DNA of 64,000 bases from Octopus vulgaris (lineage: Eukaryota), in NCBI GenBank assembly GCA_951406725.2, contig OX597831.1, positions 72,602,001-72,666,000 of the forward strand, given 5' to 3'. A program made the position numbers and the translations under genes. Every line of letters begins with the position of its first letter. Within the stretch, counting starts at the first letter, position 1. The notes below the pieces were generated by a model that worked only from the letters and a program-made list of their open reading frames with translations, did no database searches and was not told where the DNA came from. Positions 50,600-63,480 of the stretch are shown here, in pieces.

Positions 50600-51320
50600 G
50601 CTGCCCAAAGCAAGCACTAAGAACAAACTAAATAAAATACAGAACAGACAACACAGCAGAAAGTGATAAGTGCAGAATTTGTGGACAAAACGGTGAAACC
50701 ATATGGCATATTACCAGTCAATGTACGCCATTAGCCCAGAAGGAATATAAGAGATGCCACGACAATATAGCCAGGCTTGTCCATTGGACACTTTGCAACA
50801 AGGATGGACTTGACAGAGCAAAAACTTGGTATGACTATAAACCTGAAAGCATCATCGAAAATAGAAATGCAAAGATCCTGTGGGATTTTATGATTCAGTA
50901 CGACCATGAGATAGAGAATAGGAAGCCGGACATAGTCTTAATTGAGAAAGAAAACAAACTATGCTGGATTATAGACATAGCATGCCCAGCTGACAACAAG
51001 GTATGCGATAAGGGAGAAAGAAAAGTCGAGAGATATGACAGGTTAGCTTGGGAAGTTAAGCAGTTGTGGTTGATGAAAAAGGTAGCAGTAGTACCAATAA
51101 TTGTCGGAGCCCTGGGAACAGTGAGTAAAAATCTTGAAACGTATATGGAACAAATAGGGGCTGCAAAAAGGGTGGTGCACTTGCAGGAAACAGCACTGCT
51201 TGGAACCACTCGAATACTTCGGAAGGTGTTCGAAAAATGAGGGGTGTTACCTTAGTACACTGGTAGTGAACAGCTGACACTGTAGTACATCTCCAGCGTT
51301 AGAAGCTGTGCAAAGACAAT
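50600..51320 (+). mobile_element. R4/Dong-like RLE non-LTR retrotransposon 3' fragment
   Basis: CRICGQNGETIWHITSQC zinc knuckle, RCHDN, ILWDF, RKPDIVL...IIDIACP...VVPIIVGALG restriction-like endonuclease; ends in (AAT)n. Confidence 0.85.
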
Positions 51321-51541
51321 AATAATAATCCTTTCTGCTATAGGCACAAGGCCTGAAATTTTGGGGGAGGGGACAAGTTGATTACATCAACCTCAGTATT
51401 TCATTAGTATTTAATTCATTGACCCCGAAAGGATGAAGAGCAAAGTCGACCTCAGTGGAATTTGAACTCAGAATGTAGTGACAGGCGAAATACCACTAAG
51501 CATTTTGTCCAACATGCTAACGATTCTGCCAGCTCACCACC

Positions 51542-51571
<30 letters not shown>

Positions 51572-51577
<6 letters not shown>

Positions 51578-52495
51578 ACCCAAAGAGAACGAATAATGCC
51601 AATATTGACAAAGCCCTTACCCATCAATGACTAATGGCTTCTGGCTTAAAATCTGAAACAGAAGGGTTTATCATAGCAGCCCAAGATCAATGCCTACCTA
51701 CAAGGAACTACCAGGCCAAAATATTAAAGAACAGCAGTTCCCAAATATGTCATGTATGTCAACAACAAAATAAGACCATGGATCATGTTGTCTCCAAGTG
51801 CAGTCTTCTAGCGCCTACAGAGTATCTCAACATGTATGATAGAGCTGTACAATATATTCACTGGGTAATTTGCAAAAGCCTGGACTTGCTCCATGATAAA
51901 AACTGGTGGGAACACAAACCACCTCCAGTGCTTCAAAATGATCACATCTCACTCCTCTGGTACTTCACCATTCAAACTGACAGAAAGATAGATGCAAATA
52001 GACCAGGCATTATATTGAAAGACTTCAGACAAAAATCATGCCTCCTCATTGATATGACTGTCCCCAATCGATATAAACGTATCTGTCAATACCTACCAAA
52101 AACTGAGCAAATATAAAGATCTTGAAATAGAAATTAGCAAAATGTGGAACCTGAAGACTAAAACAATACCTGCTGGGAATGATAGCAAAAGGGGCTGATT
52201 GCTACCTAGCTCAGATACCAGGAAACCCCAAAATGGCAGAAATTCAAAAGATAGTGCTCATGGGAACTGCCCATATCCTGCATAAAATACTGTCTATGTA
52301 ATCTCAAATTTTAAAACAAACACATAATTTCTTATGGTTTCTTAAACATTCTCTAGAACAACACTATGTGTAAAACCAAATATATGACACCCTGGGCATA
52401 ACACCACATGAACTTCTAACCTGTTGTCTCTTGAGGTCTCTGGGTGAGACTTGGAGCCAATTTGTACAAATGTAAAGCAAAAGTCAAACATAAAA
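51572..52495 (+). mobile_element. Second R4/Dong-like RLE LINE 3' fragment (different family)
   Basis: ETEGFIIAAQDQCLPTRNY, CxxC...H...C knuckle, NRP(G)II...LLIDMTVP; frameshifted; (AAT)n on both sides. Confidence 0.85.
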
Positions 52496-52526
52496 TAATA
52501 ATAATAATAATAAAATTTGAACTGAC

Positions 52527-52643
52527 CTCCTGAGCAATTTTACAAACTACACCTCCAGCCACCTGGGTTCGGTAACTGGCCTGTGTTAGATCACCATAAT
52601 GCCACTCCATTGCTTCTTGTTTTTGTGCCTCAGATTTGGGTAC
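52527..52643 (-). CDS. PLEKHA1: PLEKHA1/2-like exon (VPKSEAQKQEAMEWHYGDLTQASYRTQVAGGVVCKIAQE)
   Basis: TTCCAG acceptor, GTCAGT donor, 117 bp, phase 0-0. The VPK start and SYRTxxxGGV linker motif are characteristic of TAPP proteins. Confidence 0.88.
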
Positions 52644-53083
52644 CTGGAAGATTGAGTGGGAAGAAATAGATGGAAATGGTGAATGCAGATCAAAAAATGG
52701 TAGAAGAACTGACAGCAGGGAGATAGATAGATGTTGTATGGAGTTGGGATCAAATCAAATCCAATCCTCTACATCATTACAAAGACAGTCATTCCAGCCT
52801 TCTATATCATTACAAAGAATCATTTCAATTTATAGCATTACAGACATGGTTATTCCATCTCTCGGTACTATTACACAGGCAGTTATTTCAAACAAAAAAA
52901 CAAAACAAAAAAAAGTCAAGAAACAATAGGAGTGGCTGTGTGGTAAGTAGCTTGCTTACCAACCACATGGTTCCGGGTTCAGTCTCACTGCGTGGCACCT
53001 TGGGCAAGTGTCTTCTACTATAGCCTCAGGCCGACCAAAGCCTTGTGAGTGGATTTGGTAGATGGAAACTGAAAGAAGCCCGT

Positions 53084-53115
<32 letters not shown>

Positions 53116-53118
<3 letters not shown>

Positions 53119-53215
53119 TATCGGTCTCTTTTGCCGAACCGCTAAGTAACGGGGACATAAACACACCAGCATCGGTTGTCAGGCAATGCTAGGGGGACAA
53201 ACACAAACATACACG

Positions 53216-53263
<48 letters not shown>

Positions 53264-53365
53264 TGCGTGTGTGTTTGTGTTTGTCCCCCTAGCATTGCTT
53301 GACAACCGATGCTGGTGTGTTTATGTCCCCGTTACTTAGCGGTTCGGCAAAAGAGACCGATAGAA
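53116..53365. repeat. Near-perfect hairpin: inverted duplication of about 105 bp of SINE body around an (AT)n centre
   Basis: 53116-53220 is the reverse complement of 53261-53365, inside the SINE at 52929-53470. Confidence 0.85.
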
Positions 53366-56300
53366 TAAGTACTGGGCTTACAAAAGAATAAGTCCCGGGG
53401 TCAAGTTGCTCGATTAAAGGCAGTGCTCCAGCATGGCCGCAGTCAAATGACTGAAACAAGTAAAAGAGTAAAGATTTTAAAAGATTGTTAAATAATACCA
53501 TCTTCTACAACGAGCCACCCTTCTCTAGTACCAAGTGTCTTTTTTTACTTCTGAATTCCAAAAACCTCTAACTACATAATTATCATTCTTTCCACAAAAA
53601 TTGCTCAGAAGTAAAATCGAGAGAGAGAGAGAAAGAGAGAATCTACACAGCATTTGTATCACATACAGAGTAGACTTGTTAAATAATGACCATCATTATA
53701 TAACCTAATTATTATTTATTGATATAATAACTATAATTAGTGGTGGTATAATATACGCAAGATAGGCATTAATTATCTTGTTGTCCACTCCAGCTTATTG
53801 TAAATGTAATTTTGGTAATGTCAGAAGAATAAAAGCGAAGGATAAGAAATTGCTTTTCTATAAAAGTCTTAGAGTAAGTTGAAAACAGATTTAGTAGCAG
53901 ATCTCATTCAGAGTGTGTGTGTGTGTGTCTGTCTGTCTGTCTGTTGCAAGCTTAATCTTTTTGATGCCAACCCACCTAAGACCACCCCTCTTGTGTTTTT
54001 TTAAATGATCTAAATTCTAACCTTCCATTCAAAATTCAGTGTTACTGTTCCAAACCCAATTGATTAATTGCTATTATTTTGCTAAGTTCTTCATTATTTT
54101 CAAAATTAAATTTAATGAAAGGTTTCATGTAAAAAGGTCTCAGTCCACTCTGTAAAATGGTTGGCATTAGGAAGGGCATCCAGCCATGGACACCATGACA
54201 AAACAAACCAAGTGGAGCCTGGTGCAGCTCTCCAGCCTCGCCAGCTCCTGTTAACCCATCAAACTCAAACCAACATAGGAAACGGACATTAAATGATGAT
54301 GATGATGATGAGTATATTTCAGTAGAAATATGGTAACACAAGGATTAAAGGCTCATTAGACTGGAGTTTGTCCTGTTTTTTTTCTGGTGTGGGAAGGGGT
54401 GGTTAAGTGTCTGAAAGTACAAAACTAACCCCTGGACAGGATGCTAGTCCATCAAAGATTAAACTTACTGCCACCTGCTGGTACTCATTTTCACCTGAAT
54501 GAACTGAAGCAACATTAAGTGCCTTGCTCAAGAATAGAACACATTGCACAACCTGCGAATTGAACCCACAACCTTAATGTTTGTGAATCCAATACCAAAA
54601 CCACTAGGCCAGGCACCGAATGGTTTGGCAATGTCAGAATTGGTAGTATTAGACAAAATACCTTGTGGTATTTAAGTCTGTCCATACTCTAAATCCATTT
54701 CCCTTCTCAATCAGGCCAACTTTAGCCTTCATCCTTCCAAAATCAAAATAAGTAGCCTTCAAGAACTAAGGGTGATCCAATTAACTAAAAACCCTTCGAG
54801 ATCAAGCCCCAGCATGGCCACAGTCCAAAGACAGATAACAGTAAAAGAATATAAACAACTCTGTGGTAGCTATTGAGAACTAGATGGAATTGGTAGTTGA
54901 GAGTCATGTGTGGTGGCCATGAACAAAACACCATGTCAGTGTAGTGTCACAAAAGGAAACCATCAACTCCTCAATTGTTATCCTAGCAATGTTGACCATC
55001 CATACTTTTTTGTCTTTATTGTATAAATATATTGTAATTCAGGTTACGGATATTTTAGTTGCTTAAATGTGTTCAGTTCAAGCAGAGACAGGCTGAAGAG
55101 TGTCTACATCTACCTTGGCTGTTGTTTAAAACTGGGTCGACAGCCTGAAATGTCACTGGTTTTGATGTCAATTATGAAATGGTAGTCAACCACCTGTACA
55201 CGACATGATACGTGACTAAAGTTGCTATGTGAAAATAGGTGTGGCAAGAAGATTGCTTCCCAACCCAATGGCTTCAGGTTCAATTCAACTACATGGCACC
55301 TTAGCTATGTATCTTTTACTATGTCAGCAGGCTGATCAAAGCCTCGTGAGTGGATATGACAGGTGCAAACTGAAGGACAGCCATCATGTGTGTATGTGTG
55401 TGTGTCCGTGTGTTATGGTCTCTTTGCTTTGGCATTATGTGACAGGTGTAAACAAGCGTCACTGACATGGGGAAATATTACCTGACTTGGAAACAGACAA
55501 GGGTTTGTGACAGGAAGGGCACCTGGTTGTCAAAAATCTGCCTCACTACCTATCCAGCTCGACATGAGTTCTCTATAACTGAATGCAATAACATTTTCAC
55601 TGATAATCCATTCTGGTTAAGCATTCAAATGCACTTGGAACACCCAATGCAGGGCTCCAAGCAATCATAATGGTGAAATGTATCTAGGAACGAATAATAC
55701 ACACCTATATTTATCTGAATTACACACACATGCATGCACACACACACACACACACACACAAAGTTTACTATTCTGTTAAGGTAGGATCAACAAAAAAAGT
55801 ACTCCATCCAGTGAGAGGTAAATATCATTTGATTGAGTTCCTTTCAAGTGTAGGGCCTTGTGGAGGCAATGACCAAGCCCTTTGGCATTATGTTGTGCTT
55901 GAGAAAAAGACCCATCAAGCTGAGCAAAATCGCAGTCGTGGCAGATACCGGAGTCACGCAAATGGCACTCGTGCCAGTGGCATGTAAAAACACCCATTAC
56001 ACTCTTGGAGTGGTTGGCATTAGGAAGGGCATCAAGCTGTAGAAACCTTGCCAGATCAGATTGGAGCCCAGTGCAGCCTCCTGGCTTGCCAGCATGGAAA
56101 GCAGATGTTAAACAACGATGCTGATGATGATATATATATATATGTATAAATATACACACACACATATATCTATAAACTACTATAGTCAAACAATCTGCCA
56201 GAAATTGTAGCTAAATCATACACTGCAATTTAAAAAAAAAAACAAGTAAAAAATATATTGGACAGTGTAATCCTAGATACATGTTGCCTGAAAATAAAAT

Positions 56301-56421
56301 GTGATGGCCATGGATGGAATACTTTTTGATGACTGATCTGCCTTCATAAATGACCCTTCTTGCAAGTGAAACATTTTTTCTTTTTGTTTTAAATAGGTTA
56401 AATAGTAGCTACCTAAATGAA

Positions 56422-57829
56422 TCTTATAAATTAAAAAGGCAAGTTGTCTGTCTGCATAACTGAATTTCACCAAATTTGACATGTGCGCTCTCTTTGACTT
56501 AGGACACATTTTCTTATAATTTTTTTCCTTGAAATTCTGCATCCCCAACATAAATAGACTACTCTCAATTTGCCTAGGATTTGGCTTGAGCCAGCAAAAC
56601 AACGTGACACACACCCAGCTGGAAAAAATCAATGCTTTACTTTGTCAGCTGTGGTGAGCTCTTATTGACTGCTTGCACTGTACTGCCAGCAGTATTCATT
56701 TGTGAGTTACAATTTGCCTCTGTTTTTACGTGAGCACTCTTTTACTTATAATTATTCCAACCTAAATTAGCCACTTCAAAACTCTTACCCAAAATTAAAA
56801 ATCCTAAATTTGGTCAACATTTTTGCCAACTGCATTTTACTATTTTTGGGGTGCTCCACATTCACCGCTTTTTCCTGAGGACTTTTTCTATTGCGGAAAC
56901 TGATAATTGTCCACCCTGCCTTGATGCAAAAGATCCAATATAGGTCAGCAAACAAATGCTGCAAAGAAAAGTAGGCGTATGCGTGCAAATGAATCTGCTG
57001 GGGACGCCACCAGGAGGAACTCTCAATGCACTTAGGATGGCTTCAGTGTGAAGAAGGGAAAGTGAAGAGCAGCGTTGTGATCAGTTGGCATGTATTGCTG
57101 TGCAATGAACAGCAACGAGCAACGTTCAGCATGCCGAACAAGAAATGCTTCCTCTACTGCTGCTGCACGAGCATCAGAGACTGCAGCACAACGTGCAGTT
57201 CAACTTACAAGAGATGCTTCCTCAACTGCTGTTGCACGAGCTGCAGAGACTGCAGCACAATGCACAGATCGACTTACAAGAGATGCTGCAGCAACTGCTG
57301 CTGCGTGCGCTACAGAGACTACAGGGGAAAGACAACAACGGATGTTGCTCTTTGCGGCAGAAAACATCGGGTAACCACACCCTTGTCACCTTATTTATTT
57401 CATTAGCGTAATCTTCACAGTGTGCTCTCCGTTAAGTGCGCCCCAATCTTGAGGTAGATACTACACTTTTCATCTTTTTTGCACAGGCCACACGTCAAAT
57501 AATGCTGTATGTACAACCCAGTGAAAGAGCAGGTAAACATACTATTTCTCTTTATGTCATATCGTTAGGCTCAACCTTTCCATCTGCTGAACAGCACACG
57601 TCAACAGTCATGTGGTAAGCAAAATAAACTCAATTACTGCCAGTTTTTTACAGATCTACCAACTGTCCAAATGGAAAACAATGACAATGGTGTGGGCATA
57701 TGACTCTGCGTGTTCACTATTGCGCTCAATAAATCAAACAACAGTTCAGAGGTGCAGCGGTGAATGCTCTGATAACCAAACAGGCATACTTAACAAACAG
57801 TTCTGGGCAACGCCGGGTACACCTGCTTG
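56422..57829 (+). mobile_element. Non-autonomous Helitron-like element with a remnant of N-terminal repeat coding sequence
   Basis: A|TC start; 3' end GGGCAACGCCGGG hairpin then CTTG|T. Internal repeats of about 66 bp encode ETAAQRxxxL-type units (57090-57374). Confidence 0.65.
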
Positions 57830-58604
57830 TACTTTATAAATAGCCTCTTTGTAAACATACATACACACAGATGTACAAACACACATGCACATACATATAC
57901 ACACACACATGTATATATACACACACACACACACACAGACACATATATATATTTCTTTACTACCCACAAGGGGCTAAACACAGAGGAGACAAACAAGGAC
58001 AGACAAAGGGATTAAGTCGATTACATCGACCCCAGTGCATAACTGGTACTTAATTTATCGACCCCGGAAGGATGAAAGGCAAAGTCAACCTTGACGGAAT
58101 TTGAACTCAGAACATAACGGCAGACGAAATACGGCTACGCATTTCGCCCGGCGCACTAACGTGTCTGCCACATATATATACACACACACATATACAAACA
58201 CATATATATACGTACACAAACGCATATACGCACACGCACATGTAAATGCACACACAAATGTATATTTTTTAATGCATATGCATGTGTGTGTGTGCAGTCA
58301 CAGTCGCCCCCCTCCCCCACCATAGTGGGGGGGGGGTTAGTTACTGTTGTTTCTACAATGATTGACAGTTGCTACAAGTTACAATTCTAAAAAAAAAACA
58401 CAACAACCACCACAACAGCAGCCGAAGCACAGCGCTTGTTACTGTTGCAAGTCCAGTCTGCTATGACAATATTTCTGTACAAGTGACATTTCTAACAGGC
58501 CTTATTAAAATCTTATTAAGCTTAATTGATGTGACATTTCTAAACTACCCACTTTCATTAGACACTATTAAGTTATATAGCCTTTTACACTTGCTCCACA
58601 AAAT

Positions 58605-58699
58605 ACAGACATACAAATATATATACACATATGTATATACATACATATATACATATATATATATATGTATATATATATATGTATATATATATATATACG

Positions 58700-58744
<45 letters not shown>

Positions 58745-58775
58745 GTATATATATATATGTATATATATATATACG

Positions 58776-58846
<71 letters not shown>

Positions 58847-58976
58847 GTATATATATATGTATATATATATGTATATATATATGTATATATACATATGTAT
58901 ATATACATACGTGTGTATATATATATACACGTGTATATATATATACATACGTGTGTATATATATATATATACATAC

Positions 58977-59054
<78 letters not shown>

Positions 59055-59088
59055 TACACACACACACACACACACAAATATATATTAT
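58605..59088. repeat. Compound (AT)n/(GT)n/(CA)n microsatellite, about 480 bp
   Basis: Alternating purine-pyrimidine tract; the source of the spurious YI-repeat ORFs. Confidence 0.98.
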
Positions 59089-61042
59089 ACAGTCAGGCAC
59101 TAAATGACACACCCACTAGATACACCTCCCATTATTCCCTGATAATAAAGGCACAATGGAGGCCTTTCATCTTTCTCTCTCTCTCTCTCTTTCTTCCTCT
59201 TTCTCACCCCCCCCCCCCGGACTAACATCTTTCTGTTCTCTTCTCCTCCTCAGTGAAACCAGGCTTATTACAAGTGCCTTTCTCCTCACACTCCACCCTC
59301 GCCTTCCCAAAATGAAACAAGATTTATTAGTTTAGACACATTACACACACAGAGTCTATCTATCTCTCTCTCACACATACACACACATGTGTATGTATGT
59401 ATGTGTATATATATATATATATATACACACACAGATCCTTGTCTTTTCTGTTTTCGGTCTTTATTTCCTACTAAACTTATCACATCAATGAGAGAGCCCA
59501 AAGTGGTCATTCACCTTGCTTGAAACAGCAGCCTAATCTCCCTGTAATATATCAGGTAGAATTGTGCTACTCCTAAAACGACAGAGCGGTCATGACTGGA
59601 ATGTCTCTCATCATCGATCAACTCAACCAGGGTTGTCCTCGTGTTAAACAACAACTTAGTATGTAAGATAATCAACAGAGCCACTTTTAACCATTTGGCC
59701 TGCTAAAAATAGTAGCTAAAACTCCTTCAAACTCAAACCTATTGTTTTAAGACAAGATACATATAGATAATGTAGTCTAAGATACACTATGACTGAATAA
59801 AAACAGATTGGTGGGAGGGGGGCCAAAAGGGTTCTCAGGGAGAGGCGTCCCTGCCTTCCTCAGCTAGTTTTCCACCACATTTCTTAAAAATCGTGGTAGA
59901 GGCCTTGATCTCAGAATCACTCATGTCTAGAAACTAAGGTTGGGGGTAAGCAAGGGCCTGCTCCCTGTAGAAAATCCAGCTCTAAAAAAAGCCTCATGAT
60001 AGCAAGGGAGAATGGGCACCCGCCAGCCCAAAGGTTGGGGTGGGCTGCACCTGCCTATCTTTGTTGCTATGGCATTGAGGTTAACAGGAACAAAACTTGG
60101 ATTTAAAACACTGGATGATGATGGTCATGATTAGAGGGGCTGAACAACAAAGTCAGACATTTTGTGTGTACTTTGGTAACCTTTAATTCTGAGTCAGTGT
60201 TTGTTTCTTTAGGGAATAAATTTCACCTACTGAGGGGAAGGAGCAGACACAATTCGCATACAGGGGGTAGAAGTGGCTAAGTAGCAAGGAGTTTGCTTTC
60301 CAACCACATGGTTCCGGGTTCAGTCCCACTGCGTGGTACCTTGGGCAAGTGTCTTCTACTATATCCTTGGGCTGACCAAAGTCTTGTGAGTGGATTTGGT
60401 AGATGGAAACTGAAAGAAGTCTGTTGTGTGTGTGTCACCACTGCTTGACAACCAGTGTTGGTTTGTTTACATCCCTGTAACTTTATGATTCCACAAAAGA
60501 GGCTGACGGAATAAGGACCAGGCTTCAAAAAAAGAAGTACTAGGGTCAATTCATCTAACTTAAAATCCTCCGAGGTGGTACCCCAGCATGGCCACAGTCT
60601 AATGACTGAAACAAATGAAAGAAACAAGATATGTTGCGGGGTGGATGTGTCAATATACATACTGGGGGGTGGGGGACATAACCGTTTTTTGAGGGGGAAA
60701 AGGTTATTTTAGTTAGCACTAAATAAACAGCTTCAAAATCCTTTATTTTTATTCCAAGAGGAATCAGTTTCAAATATCAGAGAGCAAAATAATAAATCAG
60801 TATAAATTTGGTTTCCTTTTTGTTTAGTTTCACATAAGCTCCTGATCCATCAGAGATGTTCCAGCTGTGGCCATCCTGTCTTTTACTTAGACTTAAGTGT
60901 ATCTAAGACTACATTATCTAATGTATTATATGGTTGTTAGAATTGGTAGTTATAGTTGTTGTTGTTTTTTAGTCCTGGATTCAGTGATCAAAGGGGTTCT
61001 AACAGTGACCATCCCACCTTTTATTCAAACATAGCTTATATA

Positions 61043-61425
61043 GGTGCGGGAGTGGCTGTGTGGTAAGTAGCTTGTTTACCAACCACATGGTTCCGGGTTC
61101 ATTCCCACTGCGTGGCACCTTGGGCAAGTGTCTTCTACTATAGCCCCCGGCCGACCAATGCCTTGTGAGTGGATTTGGTAGACGGAAACTGAAAGAAACC
61201 CGTCGTATATATGTATATATATATATGCGTCTGTGTTTGTCCCCCTAACATTGCTTGACAACCGATGCTGGTGTGTTTATGTCCCCTTAACTTAGTGGTT
61301 CAGCAAAAGAGACAGATAGAATAAGTACTGGGCTTACAAAGAATAAGTCCCGGGGTCGAGTTGCTCGATTAAAGGCGGTGCTCCAGCATGGCCGCAGTCA
61401 AAATGACTGAAACAAGTAAAAAGAA
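61043..61425 (+). mobile_element. SINE family A, full-length copy
   Basis: Same sequence as 10996-11380. Confidence 0.9.
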
Positions 61426-61819
61426 AAAAAGAAGGAAAAAGATAGGACTGCATTATTTATTGTTAGGGTTAGTTATTGTTTAGCCCCAGGTCAGTTCCTG
61501 ATTCAGCAAACTCATAATCAAAAATGCGCCAACCATGACCACCACATCTTCTATTTAGGCATAGTATATCTATGACTACATCATCTAATGTGTCCTTCAT
61601 TGTTGTCTAATCTCATGTCAAACCTGATCCACCAAAGCAATGATCAATGGTGTTCTAGCCATGACCATCCCATCTTTTATTCAGAAACAGAGGTGAATCA
61701 ACAAAAGGACCCGACCTGGGAGTCCTAATCCTTCCATCACTCCATCCGTTTCCCACCCATCCCCACCCTACTCCCTCTACAGAAAAACAAAAAAAAACAA
61801 AAACACTATAGATACTTAC

Positions 61820-61917
61820 AATAATTTTACTAGCATTGTTGAGGACATCAATCCACTTGTTCATGTCTGTCTGGTCCTCCGCTTGTAGAAAATAACGCTG
61901 ACCAGCAAAGTTGACCA
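61820..61917 (-). CDS. PLEKHA1: TAPP/PLEKHA1-2-like gene, first coding exon in window (end of PH1: (V)VNFAGQRYFLQAEDQTDMNKWIDVLNNASKII)
   Basis: TTTCAG acceptor and GTAAGT donor; 98 bp, phase 1 to 0. The peptide matches the C-terminal strand and helix of TAPP1 PH1 (recalled as ..[25 protein letters not shown]). Confidence 0.9.
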
Positions 61918-61951
61918 CTGAAAGATAATAATAATAATAATAATAATAATA

Positions 61952-62400
61952 CATCCGATTGTGGCCGTTGCCAGCCTCGCCTGGCCTCTGTGCCGATGGT
62001 ACGTAAAGCACCATCCGATTGTGGCCGTTGCCAGTCTCGCCTGGCCTCTGTGCCGATGGTACGTAAAAGCACCATCCGATTGTGGCCGTTGCCAGTCTCG
62101 CCTGGCCTCTGTGCCGATGGTACGTAAAAAGCACCATCCGATTGTGGCCGTTGCCAGTCTCGCCTGGCCTCTGTGCCGATGGTACGTAAAGCACCATCCG
62201 ATTGTGGCCGTTGCCAGTCTCGCCTGGCCTCTGTGCCGATGGTAAAAGCACCATCCGATCGTGGCCATTGCCAGCCTCGCCTGGCCTCTGTGCCGATGGT
62301 ACGTAAAAAGCACCATCCGATTGTGGCCGTTGCCAGTCTCGCCTGGCCTCTGTGCCGATGGTACGTAAAAAGCACCATCCGATCATGGCCGTTTGCCAGC
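61952..62400. repeat. Tandem array, about 7.5 near-identical units of 56-63 bp, within a family D element
   Basis: Unit CCATCCGATTGTGGCCGTTGCCAGTCTCGCCTGGCCTCTGTGCCGATGGTACGTAAAAGCA; no unique spacers. Confidence 0.95.
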
Positions 62401-62851
62401 CGCGTCTGGCACCTGTGCCGGTGGCATGTAAAAGCATCCACTACACTCATGGAGTGGTTGGCGTTAAGAAGGGCATTCAGCCATAGAAACATTGCCAAAT
62501 CAGACTGGAGCCTGGTACAGCCACCTGGCTTCCCAGACCCCAGTTGAACCGTCCAACCCATGCTAGCATGGAAAACAGATGCTAAACGATGATGATGAAT
62601 GGTTTCAAATTCTGCCACAAGGGCAGCAATTTTGGTGGGGAGGGGATGAGTTGATTACATTGACCCCCCCCCTCCTTTGTGTTCAACTGGTACTTATTTT
62701 ATTGACCCCCAAAAGGATGAAAGGCAAAGTTTGACCGCAGCAGAATTTGAACTCATAATGGAGTGACAGGTGAAATACCACAAAGCATTTCATCCAGCGC
62801 AGTATCAATTCTGCCAGCACACCACCTTAACTAATAATAAAGATAATAATA

Positions 62852-63443
62852 AATGTCCTGATGCAGTACCAGGCACTGGTTATGCCCTGATGCAGTACCA
62901 GGCAGTGGCTCTCATGGCTTCTGATCTTAACTGATTGGAAGTGTTATCATGTACATTGTTTTGTTTTGGTATAAAAGATGGGCTACAGCAAATATTCTGC
63001 TCAATACCACAGATTTACTTGTAAGTTGTTTGACCTTAACTGGTTGAGCATGTCCCTTGGTGGCTGACAATATGTGCATCTCTGATCACGAGCAGAAGTA
63101 GTGGGGGAGCATCATAGCCATGTGTTGAGAGGAATTCTTTGGGGTTTAGAAAATTCACCTCTGGAAACATGTGTGTTTTGTTCAACATCCTTAAACAACC
63201 CTTATTCAGGGACCTTTAGAGTAAGATGGGCTACTTGACCTTAAGAAACTTCAAGCTGGGTCCCTACCTGCAAGGTCATGCACTATTTATTTTGATATGA
63301 GGTAGGTCACCAGGTTGTGCACAAATGGCAGTGATGCATGTGCCTGATGTACCCTTATCAGACGGGTAGTCATGATGGGTATATTGGGCTTCATATATTT
63401 GGACCACAGTGTCACTTTGATGGTTTGTGCTGCTCTCTCACTC

Positions 63444-63445
<2 letters not shown>
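62852..63445. mobile_element. Same 560-bp interspersed repeat, copy 2, with its first 30 or so bases duplicated
   Basis: Matches 9025-9585; CCTGATGCAGTACCAGGCA occurs twice (about 62857 and 62886). Confidence 0.8.

Positions 63446-63480
<35 letters not shown>

Noticed and set aside
58369-59112. Several 130-240 aa YI/CV-rich ORFs
   Set aside because: These are translations of an (AT)n/(GT)n microsatellite with no stop codons.
61952-62400. CRISPR-like regular array and the long ORFs across it
   Set aside because: Units are contiguous with no unique spacers, there are no cas genes, and the context is eukaryotic. The ORFs are read-through of a repeat, apart from the true exon at 61820-61917.
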